NCBI GenBank assembly: GCA_949358305.1
Contig: OX442314.1
Location: 6,324,001 to 6,388,000, forward strand
Length of the DNA: 64,000 nt
Reading direction: 5' to 3'
DNA from: Strigamia acuminata
Lineage: Eukaryota
Under the pieces are notes generated by a model. It did not search any database. It saw nothing but the letters and a program-made list of their open reading frames with translations, and was not told the origin of the DNA. Positions 1-12,153 of the stretch are shown here, piece after piece (within the stretch, counting starts at the first letter, position 1; every line of letters starts with the position of its first letter). The translations under genes and the position numbers were made by a program.

Positions 1-120
1 ACTATGACTAGTGGCTATGTCTAGACAAACAGTGTCTACATCCATAAATAAAGTCTCCGATGTAGCATTAGCTACTTCTGGGGGATGGAATAAACCTTCG
101 TCCCCCGGATCTAGTTTTTT
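1..120 (-). CDS. pol: Start of pol reading frame (-1 relative to gag), running off the window edge
   Basis: Slippery heptamer A AAA AAC (120-114) immediately before the gag TAG; the -1 frame is open to position 1 (LDPGDEGLFHPPEVANATSETLFMDVDTVCLDIATSHS); GGGGGA/TCCCCC stem at 106-80. Confidence 0.75.
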
Positions 121-2327
121 GGACTAGTCGCACTTGAATCAGCAGATTCGGGTTTGGTCAAAGTCTTGACCATTTCTGCCAACGAGTTAGTCAGCGAAGT
201 TTGTAACTTATTTTCAAAAGTATTAAATTTAGCATCTAGTGTTGCATCCAACACTTCTTGAGTTATCCATCTGTTATTAGGACGTTTAGAAGTAGGATCC
301 ACAGTCGGGGAATCCGGCGTACTTCGTTTTTGCAACTCTTCAGAGTTGAAATTTGCACGTGGTTTTAAATCGGGACATTCTCGACGCATGTGTCCTGGTT
401 TCTTACAGTGGTAACAAACTAATTGACCACGTCTGGTCTGATCCACTACTCCATTTATTAAATAAACGGCCTCGCATTCCTCAGGTAACTCTTCTTCACA
501 AATATTAAGTTGTTCTTGTGAATCCAAAGTTAAAGATTTAACATTTGTCTTCGACTGAGGACGTGTGTCAGTTTTCCGAGGTGGGAAAACGACTGGTTTG
601 GAAATATTTTCCCTTGCTCCATTCGCTGTACGACTGTACAAGCCTTTATTTTTTGTTATGACGGTATAAATCTCTGTCAGAGGTAAATCCGCTATGCCTT
701 GCGTATGCAAAAGCAAATCATTAGCAGGAGTTACACTCCCGATAAAAAGACAACCAGCCCCTTTTGCATCAAGACTGTCTTGTAATATCCATAACTGGTA
801 ATATTTGTGCATAAAGTCGTAAAGACTTTCTGTTTCCAGTTGTTTCAACTTAGTTAGTTGGTTCGTCCGCTCTTGTCGAGTGGCTACAAACCGTTCTTTG
901 AACGCCTGTTCAAATACTTCCCAAGATATGAAATCTTCTCTCCTTTCGTGAAACCAACCATGCGCTTGCTCGGTTAAATAACCGGCCACGCCTTTAACCA
1001 GCATGTCATCGAGTGACATGTTTCGCAGGAAAGCGACATTTTTTACAATATTGAGAAAGCGTTCGCTTTCTTCTGCTTTTCCGGAGAATACCGGGATATC
1101 TGGTGGTTTCAAACAGTTAGTTTGAGGGACAGCGGCGGAACTTTTTCCTGCCTGCATCAACTTGTGCATGGTCGTGGCAATTGACGCGAGGTCATCAGCC
1201 GTCATTCCAAAGCTACTGGGGGGGCGTGAATTGTCATTTGACGATCCGCCATTATTTGGTTGACTCGAGTTATTTTGACTTGAGCCACCACTATTGGGGT
1301 TGAAATTATTCGACCCTCCTTGATTTGACCTGCTGTGGTTACCAAGGTTCGAATGGTTATTCGAATTGCCTTGGTTCCCATAATTCGAATGATTATTAGA
1401 ATTACCCTGATTGTCAAAATTCGGACGGTTGTTCGAACTTTCTTGATTACCAAAATTCGGACGATAGTTCGAATTACCTGGTGTACCTCGATTCAAATAG
1501 TTATTTGAATTTCCTGGAGTTCCAGTAGAAGGATTATTTGGGTTATTCGAGTTCGGAGGAACTGGGTGACCCCTTTGCATGTTAGGTGCTGGACTAGAAT
1601 TGTTTGCAAATCTAGAGTTTGGGTCAAAACGACGGTTTGGACCTCTTGTCGCACCTGAATTTGGGTTCAAATTTCCAGCGAGATTCGGACAACTATTTGA
1701 TCCGTTTGGAAAACTTGGATTAGGGTTGGCCATATTAGGCGGACCCAAATTCGCTCTGTTGAACGTATTTTCAAAGTTCTCTGGATTTGTAAATCCTCTT
1801 TGTTGATTGCGAGCGAAGTTATTCGCTCGTAATCGTTGTTGGAAAGCACGATTAAAATCTCCTGGTGTCAAATTCGACTGATCTTGACGAGGAGGTTGTG
1901 CATTTTTATTTCTATATCTAGAAATAGGCGTCGAAGGAGTGGGACTAAAATTATTTAATCTTTGGCTGGCTGGGGAATGGGTTTGCTCCGACGTAGCACG
2001 AGGTGCGTGCACAAAATCTAACACTTCGGTCAAAGATCTAAATTGGTTTGGGTTCAAACCGTGATCCTGACAAAATAATAGACCGCCTCGGCCTAAATGA
2101 GAACCTTCAGGAATGCATTCCTCTTCTCCAGGCGGAGTAGGTTCACGTGGAGCCCTATTCTCTCCAGATGGTCCGGCTGTTTCATTTGAAACGCCATTAT
2201 GGACCGCGTGGTTTTCCACTTCTTCAGTTCCATTAGGAACAGGTACAAACCCGGATAGATTCATTCCACCGGTCAAACAAGTTCTTTCCTTACCACGGGT
2301 GTTCATGTGATGCTGGTTATTAGTCAT
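111..2327 (-). CDS. gag: Ty3/gypsy-type retrotransposon Gag
   Basis: 738-aa ORF with an N/G/S-rich low-complexity N-half, a capsid-like region (PDIPVFSG...YLTEQAHGWF...SWEVFEQAFKERF...LKQLETESLYDF) and a CCHC knuckle CYHCKKPGHMRREC; lies downstream of a PBS and LTR on the same strand. Confidence 0.92.
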   Translation of the reverse strand: MTNNQHHMNTRGKERTCLTGGMNLSGFVPVPNGTEEVENHAVHNGVSNETAGPSGENRAPREPTPPGEEECIPEGSHLGRGGLLFCQDHGLNPNQFRSLTEVLDFVHAPRATSEQTHSPASQRLNNFSPTPSTPISRYRNKNAQPPRQDQSNLTPGDFNRAFQQRLRANNFARNQQRGFTNPENFENTFNRANLGPPNMANPNPSFPNGSNSCPNLAGNLNPNSGATRGPNRRFDPNSRFANNSSPAPNMQRGHPVPPNSNNPNNPSTGTPGNSNNYLNRGTPGNSNYRPNFGNQESSNNRPNFDNQGNSNNHSNYGNQGNSNNHSNLGNHSRSNQGGSNNFNPNSGGSSQNNSSQPNNGGSSNDNSRPPSSFGMTADDLASIATTMHKLMQAGKSSAAVPQTNCLKPPDIPVFSGKAEESERFLNIVKNVAFLRNMSLDDMLVKGVAGYLTEQAHGWFHERREDFISWEVFEQAFKERFVATRQERTNQLTKLKQLETESLYDFMHKYYQLWILQDSLDAKGAGCLFIGSVTPANDLLLHTQGIADLPLTEIYTVITKNKGLYSRTANGARENISKPVVFPPRKTDTRPQSKTNVKSLTLDSQEQLNICEEELPEECEAVYLINGVVDQTRRGQLVCYHCKKPGHMRRECPDLKPRANFNSEELQKRSTPDSPTVDPTSKRPNNRWITQEVLDATLDAKFNTFENKLQTSLTNSLAEMVKTLTKPESADSSATSPKN

Positions 2328-3487
2328 AACTAAACTTGAAACTAAAAAAATTTCCTAAGCCTGAGAGATAACGATGAAGTTGCAAACGTTCAGGAGGATC
2401 GCAAACGAAGCAGTGGTCACACTAGTTCGAAAGGAAGTAAGGGTACTTCGATACACCTCTCTGATTGGTCGAGTGTCAACGCTAGTCTCGCGAGAGTCCA
2501 ATCTCGTCCGAGATTGGTGGAAATCATCAAGTTCGTGGAACCGTAATCTTGACAGATTCCAGTGTTATGACGTAGTCACCAAACAAAATGGATACTTTTC
2601 AAAGTATTTTAAAATATCACCGCATTTATTAATAAATGAATGATCACCTTTAGGGAATTTTTTAAAGTTTTAAAACTCGTAATTTCGAAAGACGCGCCGA
2701 TTCGTTTGAATCGACGGCTTTTCTGCACAACACGGGTTGCTAGGCAACACAACAGCGAGAATTCTTCTTCGCTAAAAATTCGAATGGTATTCCATTCGTC
2801 AAATTCGATTTCAATAGCTTGAGATCACGATTTTTAACCAACATTTTAATGTAGATCAAGTCTGTAAAATAAGGTAAACCCATTTTGAAATAAAATATAA
2901 ATTTTAATTCCTTTGAAAAATGTTAATTTTCTTTCTTATTTATTTAGGCAAATAAATTTAGGTTTAACTTGAAGTCTCAAGCAAAATACATATAAAAGAA
3001 TATTCTAAAATTAAAACAACTGTTAAATTGATAGAATTCTTTAAGAATTTCGTCAAAAGTCAACTTTTCAAAATTAGGCCCGGCCGCGTGGTTTTGCCAG
3101 ATTGTCGACGACAAAATGACGTTACCCGGGCGGAACCAACTTCAACAAGTTCGGGCAAGATTCTTCCATTCTCTGGGTTAGGCCTTTAGGCCTGACCACG
3201 CGGTAGAAATTATTAGTCTTGTTAAAACACATAATTTCTCCGACGGAAAATCGGAATAAAGTGAATTACACTTAATATCTTTGTAACAGCTTTAAGACAA
3301 AACAATAAAATATATATTAGACACTTATAAATTTCAAACGAAATTTATTTTTTACACACAAAACATCTAAAACAAACAAGGATTCTATCACACCAAAATT
3401 TCATTTGAAATTTTATCACTGTAAGCACATTTCCGAATTCTCATAAACACAATACACAATCCAAAATTCATTTGAATTTTGCAGCCT

Positions 3488-3505
3488 ATCTCGGTAGAAC
3501 CTCCA
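3488..3505 (-). promoter_or_regulatory. Primer-binding site complementary to the 3' end of tRNA-Gln
   Basis: Plus strand ATCTCGGTAGAACCTCCA resembles the 3' 18 nt (with CCA) of animal tRNA-Gln as I recall it; 2 nt from the LTR end. Confidence 0.8.
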
Positions 3506-3507
3506 CT

Positions 3508-5261
3508 TGTGACGATTCTACTTTTGGCTGATTTAATAGCCATTTAAGATAGATAAATAATCGGTTTAAACAAGACGTTGCTAGGAGTAGCAACAACCTA
3601 ACCGAGATAAGCTTACAGAAGTCTGTGTAAAAATAAGAACTCATGACTGAGCAGAAATAACTTACAGTTTCCTTAGTGTGACATAACATATTTATTACTA
3701 AATATTAATGATAACAAAGATGGGTTCTGACGCGTGTAAACGGGCGGCATCAACTGGTTGAGGATCCGGGCGAAGCCAGAGGGATACGGCTGACTTGCGG
3801 CATCGTCACAAATATCGCTACGGAGACGTATTTGATCCGCAGCATCGAGTATCTAATAATGCGAAGAGTCCTTCGCATAAGTAGGAATATTCAGCAGAAT
3901 ATTCCATGTTCCAAATGAATAAAAGTAAAGTAATTAGTGGAATACAACAAATGAATTATTGTATAAATATTAATTGGGCGGGGACCGTCACGACAATTGA
4001 GAGAACGTCGCGGGAGTTGTTGGGACTCCATCCGCCAGCATGCCTTACGACGACAAGATCTCGTGATCAGGCGCCGAGTATTTAATTGTGTGCTTTAACT
4101 CGCTATCGGTGGTACCAACCACCAGGTAAACATTTCTATGGACTTACCGGGTTTGAAAGATATTGCCAATACAGGATTACCAATGCCCGAGTAATTTGTT
4201 TAGCACAGTGTTGTTCAACTCCTGTTCACGGGTTACTAACCCGGAGGGTACGATGGGGCGGGGACCGTCACGACGGTCGAGAGAACCATCGCGGGAGGAT
4301 TTGACTCCTCCATCCGCCAGCATGCCTTACGATGACGGGATCAGCAGATCGAGCACCGGGTAAAATATTATTTGGCCACTGCCGTTGGATTACCATTATC
4401 CAGGTAGTTATTTTATCGCAACATCTTTAGATATTACTCACGGGCTACCAACCCGGCGTGTTACCTGTGCATTAGGCCTTTACCGACTTTTAACGAGCGG
4501 AAGGACCAATCGTAGAAAGACGGGAACCTGCGTGGGTTGTTTACAACAACCATCCTGCAGCGGACTGTGGCCAGTTAGCTGAGGGACCTACTTTCATTTA
4601 GCAAGGTCGTACTGTATACGACCGTTATATTAAGCCACCGTACGAAGTCCTACTGTCCCGTAGAACAGCTGGCTAACGTTACGGGGCCATTTCATGCGAA
4701 TGCATGTCTATTACCGGAGTTAGCCTTCCCGAAATAGCCCTACAACAGCAATAACAAAATAGTAATGAATACTAACTGTGGAGAGCTGAGGTGGCCTGAT
4801 GTGTCGATAGAGAATAATGAAATCAAACGATAACAATTCAACTACAGACAATATACAAGTTCAGTTATCAAGCCAGGGGGTTAGTGGGTGAGAAACTGGA
4901 GCTTATATAGTTCTGTAGAACTACTAGATTGGCGACAGCCAATCAGCGTACGAATCGGCGGATTCGTGGGTCACTAGTCCGGACCTAATATATGACTATG
5001 TCCAGATGGGCCCAGTTGGGGTCCGGAAGGGTCCGATTGGTTCCCTTCGACAGGTAAGTAATGTGGATATTGATTCAATAGAACCAACTTTGTCAAGTAA
5101 ATAATACTTAGTTTATATCGAATAAAATAGTTATATTTTATTCACCGTGTCCAAGTAATAATTTATTACGTTTCTAGTTTCATCGAGTTTGAATTACGCG
5201 CGTTTGGTAAACAGCGCCATCTGTTGTGAACATTGATAAATACTGATTTGTAATCATCACA
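3508..5261 (-). mobile_element. 5' LTR of the gypsy element (about 1.75 kb)
   Basis: Inverted termini TGTGACGATT...AATCATCACA; adjacent PBS; TATA box (minus strand TATATAA, 4909-4903) and CCAAT boxes about 4926-4945; colinear homolog at 38050-39605. Confidence 0.9.
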
Positions 5262-5416
5262 AATTTCATGAGTACCACAAATTTATCAGACTCTGAATAA
5301 TAAGAGGATAAAACATTCCGCTTGAAATGGTGCTGTTGAAAAATTAAGTCTGTAAAAATATTTAGACTCTGAAAGCTTATGAGTACTAGGCTTAACTGTA
5401 AACTTTATTTGCAGAT

Positions 5417-5594
5417 CTGACAAGTGATTATAGTAAACAATTAGCTTTTGTGGGCAATTCTGGAACAAAAATCCACGCCTAAACTGACAAGTAATTATAG
5501 TAAACGTATCATTTCCTGCACGATCCAATTAACTTTTGCGGGCAATTATGGAACAAAAATCCATGCTCAAACTGACAAGTAATTATAGTAAACG
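5417..5594. repeat. Short imperfect tandem repeat (about 66-88-bp unit), with a further partial copy at about 6252-6320
   Basis: Recurring CTGACAAGTRATTATAGTAAAC and GGGCAATTMTGGAACAAAAATCCA blocks. Confidence 0.7.
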
Positions 5595-8500
5595 TTGTTG
5601 AATCCAAACGTCTTTTTTATATATCTTAAGTCTCTGGCTTCTTTGAAAGTGTGTTAGTTGATTGGAAATAAAGAGACATGTTGCCACTATGAGATTTGTA
5701 CACTCACTGGGGTTAAACTTTATTGTCTTCAAAAATATATACACAAAACGCTCCTATTGGAGAAACGCTAATCTTATAATTGGCTTCAGCTGCATTCCTG
5801 GAAGGAGAGTTGAAGCCGGGTCAAGTGACAACAAATCTAACCCTATTTTAATAAAAGGTTAATGACACTAAATGTGAAAAGATAAAACATGTTAAAAGTG
5901 AATACAAAATATTAAATCAAGTTTTACAGAATAATAAAAACGATGGCACATTAAAGGGAATATACACCCAAATCGAAATATATAAAATCAGATAAAATGA
6001 CACTAAAACACTAGAACAATTGAATAAAAATACACAAACACTAAATGCAAGGTTATCAAATCAAATTATAAATTCAACAAACAAATAAATGACATTGAAG
6101 GGAAATACAAAATAACCAATAAAATAGCATAATTCGGCATGTTAAAGGAAATATAACCCCTTAATAAAATAATATCAAATCAATATAAATTTAACAAATA
6201 AAGAATGGCACTGAAGGAAACGTGAATTTAGGGTAAAACGCCAGTTTTCACAAACGTATCATTTCCTGCACAGTCCAATTAACTTTAGTGGGCAATTCGG
6301 GAACGAAAATTCACGCCTAAGTATACACTTTCTCAAATGAAATTTTCCAAACAATAGGTTTGTTTGAATAATTAAACACGCATTTTTAAAACTCAATCAC
6401 TCTCTTCCACGCCCAGGCTATTAGCCAAGTTAATGAGAAGTGAAGGAATCAATAACCAGCAAACTCAATGTTACTATGGAAAATAAGAAATTACAGTAAA
6501 CAAAAAAATTGTTTCTGAACTCAGCACTAGTCTCACGCCTAACAACTGGCTCTTATCACCTTTCCTCAGGCCTGTGCTACAAAAAAGGTAAATAACTCTT
6601 CATCTCTATATCGTAATAAAAAAAAGAGAATACAACTGAAACAGTAACTTGACACGGTCAATTTACACCAACGAGGTGTAAAGTTTGTTTTTTCAAAATA
6701 TAAAAATTTCAAAAATAAGGCAGCAAGAAGGTGTACACATGTCTATATTTGCATTTTAGGTTGTTATAATTGCAATTTTAGTAATATTAATCCCCGTTGG
6801 CCCAAAAATAAAAGTTTATTGATTGGGTCAATATACATTATAACACCATGGTGTTTTATTCGAATACAAAACCATGGTCTTATTTTCGGGTGAAGACTGC
6901 ACCATGTTGGGAAATTGACCTGGAATTATGTACACAGTGTAGATTTCTGTGACCAGATACCATGGGGTGAGACGCATGCTCATGTAATAATAACACAGAG
7001 TTACAGAAGAACTTATCCGTGAAAGTATAACCCACTTTTCTCAGTAGCTCTGGCTGCTATAACAAACATCATCGTTGACACAAGAGAAACTCGACACAGT
7101 CAATTTACACCTTTGAGGTGTAAAGTTTTTTTTCAGGGTGTATATGTACATTTTTTTGAAAATTCTATCAAGCAGTAAATTTACTCCCAAAGATGTGTCA
7201 TCACCATTATCGTGGCACTAACTCTTCTGGTTAGCGCTATATCGCAGGATACATCGCTATGTGAATGTATATTTGGTTGGTTAGAACAATACAGAGTGAG
7301 TCAAAAGTCTGATTCCCTCCAAATATTTCCTGAGCAATTAGCATCTAGGACAACTTTGATAAAGCGATCGTATAGGAAGTTGGGCGATAGCAATCCAATG
7401 ATGTCATCAAATTTGACCTTGAAGGCCATTTTCAAGGTCATTCACTTGCTAACTTCTAGGCCAACCAGGTTAGAGCAAAAAGTCAATTACAAAGTTGTAA
7501 AGCACCATCAAATTAGTACCATCCAACTTATCTTAGTCATCTTAAGTTAAACGTTTTTATTTTAAAATGAAAACAAATTAGCTGAAATAAAGCCTGCCAT
7601 TGTGACAAAAATGAAATTTCTACTGCAAAAGTACTGAATTTCTTAAATAAATGTATTCAAATGTGCATTATCATGCAAGTACACAAGAAAAATCACTATC
7701 GTTTTTTAAAGCCTCAATAATTTTTTTTTTTACAGGAATAAAAAATTCCATTTTCCTGATTTTTTTTTCTGATTTGTTTCCTGGACGCATGGTCCAGCAA
7801 GTTACATAAAGCATTAAATCAACTGTTATCGTTACCAATGGACTCCATCATTTGTAGGAAATGTTGTCATAAACCAGTTTCTGAGTTCTACCGGTATAAA
7901 AATTATCACCCAGAAAAAAAATTAATCAATTCTGGGCATAAATTGTCACCCCTGCAGTGTGGACATGCAATTTCACGGCATTTTATGCTTAATTTCCACA
8001 AAAAAAAATATGGCTTTACAAATTGTAAATGTTCCAAAAGTTAATGTGGAAATGTGAGCTTTACAGTTTTTGTAAAGTTGGTGTAAAATCGAAGAAAAAT
8101 TAGACATTTAACATTGAATTTAATCACTTTGTAAATTTCATGTGTAAATTAGAGATTTACATTAAATTTAAGTTTCTTGTAAATGAATTGGAAAGTTAAT
8201 GTATTAGTTTATCACCAGCTGGCGATATATTTCAAAAATTAAAAACTAAAAAATTTACATTTTTAAATATGGGGTTGGTTCTATCAATTTTACTTCACAA
8301 CTTAATTAGAATATCATTGTTGGAGTTAAATGAAACAAAAAGGTGATACAAATTTGGTAATTTAACATTTGGTTTTAGAATTTGTAACAACCAGGACATT
8401 GTTGTGAGCTTGTATCATTGCCTTCTGTTGATTTTGTTCACTTTTCTGATTGAGGCTCTGAATCCTCTGCATATCTTATAGATATGTGAGATTTTTTTTT

Positions 8501-9235
8501 AAAATTTCATAGGATTTATTTTCATGAAATTTATTTTCATGAGACTTATTTTCAAGGAATAATGAAAATATTTGCATGTTAATATTTTGAAATAAATTAT
8601 AATAAATTTACAAGTTTAAAATTGCATACCGTATTTAAAATTATAAACTTAAAAAAAGAATTAAAATTAAATTAAAGTTATTGTTAAATCTGACAAATTT
8701 AAAATTTACAAACTGTAAAGTTATTGTGCGTGTTCATTGTAAAATGTCTTTTTAATTTTGTAAAGTTATTGTTTAAAATAAAAATTTACACTCTTTGTAA
8801 ATGTGACTTTACAAAGCCGAAAGTTCAAATTTACATTAACTTTTCAGCAATTAAAAGACGTGTAAAGCTATATTTTTTTCCAGTGTTCTGCGTCTTGAAA
8901 CATGAGTAGTGCAGGGCAGCAATTACAGCTTTTGAATGATCTCGTTTCCCACACGCACATGATGTGCGGCACACACACATATGCAAACGTACCGTTCAAA
9001 AGCTACAATTGCCACCCCCACCCATGTATTTGCAGACACAGACGACCGGTAATCATAAATAACCAAACGTTATATTATTTTTTGAATTTAAAACTCTAAT
9101 TTTGCCATCCTCCAATTTCGGTTACCTAAAATGATTAATTAGTCGCTAAAATTCTACAAAATTGGAGAAGTGAAAAAATCTAAATCTGAAATTTTAAAAA
9201 TAAATTAAAATTGATTTTTCTTAAATTGGTTACTT

Positions 9236-10587
9236 TGTGGTGACTCTGAAGTGTTTTTATTTATATTTAAAATAAATTTGTCACCACAAAAGAAATTGTA
9301 TATTTTTATTATTATTTTGGTATGGCACACGCCAAACCAAATTACATAATTAGGAGAGGAGAACTGCCCTAGCATATTCTCACCCCTATTTGGGGAAAAT
9401 CCGAAGTGTGCCAGGCCTGCAGCTGCAGGATTGTCACACTTAAATAATTATTTAAGTAATTGTTTAATATGGCACACGCCAAAAGTGTGACTTGGAAGCG
9501 GAAATCCCCCAGGCACACTTTACCCTCTTTGGGCCAAAACATTACATCAGAGTGATGATGATGATGTAATACATCCTGTATTGCATCAAAACCAGCACTC
9601 TGCGCACATTTTGTGCGCAGGATCAGAGAGTGCATAAAACCCCAAATTTTGGCGGTTTGACTCACTCTTGACACACACACACCAACAACAACAACACAAA
9701 TGATCATTGCTGAGAACTTCAAACACAAGGATTCTAGTGCTGACTGTGTTACAGGTTTTGGTGAGTTGAGATTCTGCTGTTTCCACCGTTTTATCGGTGG
9801 AACCAGCCACATTTGCGCTCTGACTACGAATCTCGGGTAACGTCCGAGAAAAACCGCTCACCGTCGGCCATCGCTGAGTCTCCTCGAGACTCGCCATCGC
9901 CGATCGAGCAAACCGCTGCTCGTGCACCATCGTGTTAGACTGTAAACCACCGCGAGCTTCCTCCGGAGTTTACAGTTGATCGCCATCGAACGAGTAGAGG
10001 AAATTTGTGCCCGCTCGTTGCTGATTATTATGAGTCCTGTTGACTTGTTCCGAGACTCATCGTCGTCGTCAACGGCAAACTTCTTGCCGTGAACCATCGC
10101 CGATATCTGCAAGCCACCGCCAGCTTCCTCCGGAGTTTGCAGATAGAAAGCCATCGTTTCAGCGAGAAATAATATTTCTCAGGCGAATCCGACTCGCCAT
10201 TTTTCCAGCGCAACAAACAGCCGTTTGTTGCGCGCCAAATACTTGCGCTCAACGATTAACCGTCGTTGTTAGCGCCTTTTTCCTTTGTTTCGAGTGAGTC
10301 TCGTCGCTCACTGGTCTCATTTCATCTTCTTTCTCTCCAATTACTTTCGATTTTAACCGTTAACTCTCTAATAGTTATTACATTTTTTAAAATTATCCTG
10401 TAATTTTCGATTAAATAAAATACATTTGTCATTTTTATTCAACTCAACCGCTGTTTTCATTACATAAAAATACCCCTAGACACCATTTTACAGCCAGCCG
10501 AGTGTAAATCATATAAACGGCATCTCAATTGCGAGATATTCACGAACAAGGTAAGTATTTTCGTGAATAAAATCCCGGATCGCAACA
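9236..10587 (+). mobile_element. Solo LTR (family B, copy 1)
   Basis: TGTGGTGAC...ATCGCAACA termini, 4-bp TSD ACTT; homologous to 18967-20127; small internal duplication of GAGCTTCCTCCGGAGTTT. Confidence 0.85.
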
Positions 10588-12153
10588 ACTTTAAGGCACC
10601 AAAACTTAAATTTTTCAAGCCCTGGCAGTGCTGAGCACCTAAAACTACCCTTTTGGTGTGAGGTTGAAGGTGGTGGCATTTTCACTGCTTGCCTCACCTA
10701 AAAATTTACCAAGAAATGGCCACACAAATGGAATAGCAAAATTTTAATGAACCTGGTCAATAAATTGATCGACCAGGAAAAGCTGCATTCAGTAAATTAT
10801 AATGTATACTGTATATACAAATAATAAATAAATTAATGAGAAAATGATTGTTTTCTAAACATAACAACATAGTTTCTGAGAATCTTACTGCTCACATGTG
10901 ATTAACCAAACAAGCCTGAAGAAACCATTCTACACAATAATTGTAGTTTATTTCCTCAGTGTTCTGTCACTCCCAACAGCGGAAAAGAATTATAATGTTT
11001 AAAACGAGAATTTTACAAAAATGTCATTTTATATTTTCCAAATAGCAGTTCTTGAGACGCAAACTGCTGACATGTAATCAACAAACAAGACTGAAGAAAC
11101 CATTGAAATAGTATTCATTAAACTTAATTGTAATGTTTAAAACGAGACTTTTACAGAGCTGTCATCTTATATTTTCATCTGATGGTAATAAGCTTTCCAT
11201 GTTTTGGTTAATGTTGATGTCAGTTTTGCATTGCCGTATGATTAAGTTTTGGTGCGATTCGGGCCACCATTGGTCAGAGCAGTCGCATGACCCGAGTGCA
11301 TAAAACAAGATTTTTCCGGGTTTTGACACAACTTAACAAAAATCCGAGTCAACTAGTTCCGCACCCGTCAGGCCTTATCTGCACATAAAGAAAAGAGTGA
11401 CAGAAGACATACAATTTGGTAAGAGTTATTCAAGCCTGCAGAACTAACTGCAATATCAAAAAATATTACTAAGAGCTTGTTGAGTTTTGTCCTAACGCGA
11501 ACATTGAACCCAAAGCCTTTCCCCGACCATCAAAATAACTGTTAAATACTCACTAATATATCCATAGAATACATTGTGATCACTTGGCCACCCAAGGGTG
11601 ACCTGCATCACTGATACAGACTGCCCAATGACCCTGAGGTCACCCCTACCCTTAGAGTGTGGACCAACCTAGTGAGGGGATGGAGGGAGCTGAGTGGAGT
11701 AGGAAGAGAAAGAGCGAGAGAGAAAGTTACTCATGGTAGCCAGCGAGGGCAGTCATCCTCTGCACCAGCCTGTATATATTTTTTGGATTCGGTCAATAAA
11801 AATGACCGATTCAAGAGATCGTAGCCGCAAGGGATATTTGGGCGGACTATTCAAATTCGACCATGGAAAAATCGCAAATTTGAAAAATTAGCCGATTGGA
11901 ATGTTTCAAAGATGTTTCCTGGGTGAAATTTGCCGCTGAATCCACTGGTAATCATAACTTTTTGATTGGGACAAAATTGATTTTTTTATTTGCAAAAAAC
12001 AATCTACGATTTAACATTTCAGCCACGGTCTGCAAGAAATGTTGAAAATTTTGCAAAACTGACCGGATTTTTGGATTCCCCCGGTCTGTTTATGCTTTAT
12101 CATCAAAATTAAAAATTATATCTTCAGAAGATAAAATTTTAGGGAAAAAAGTA

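Noticed and set aside
3508..5261. Hammerhead, HDV-like or twister ribozyme in the LTR
   Set aside because: By eye I found no complete CUGANGA...GAAA core or full HDV/twister topology; a covariance-model search is needed.
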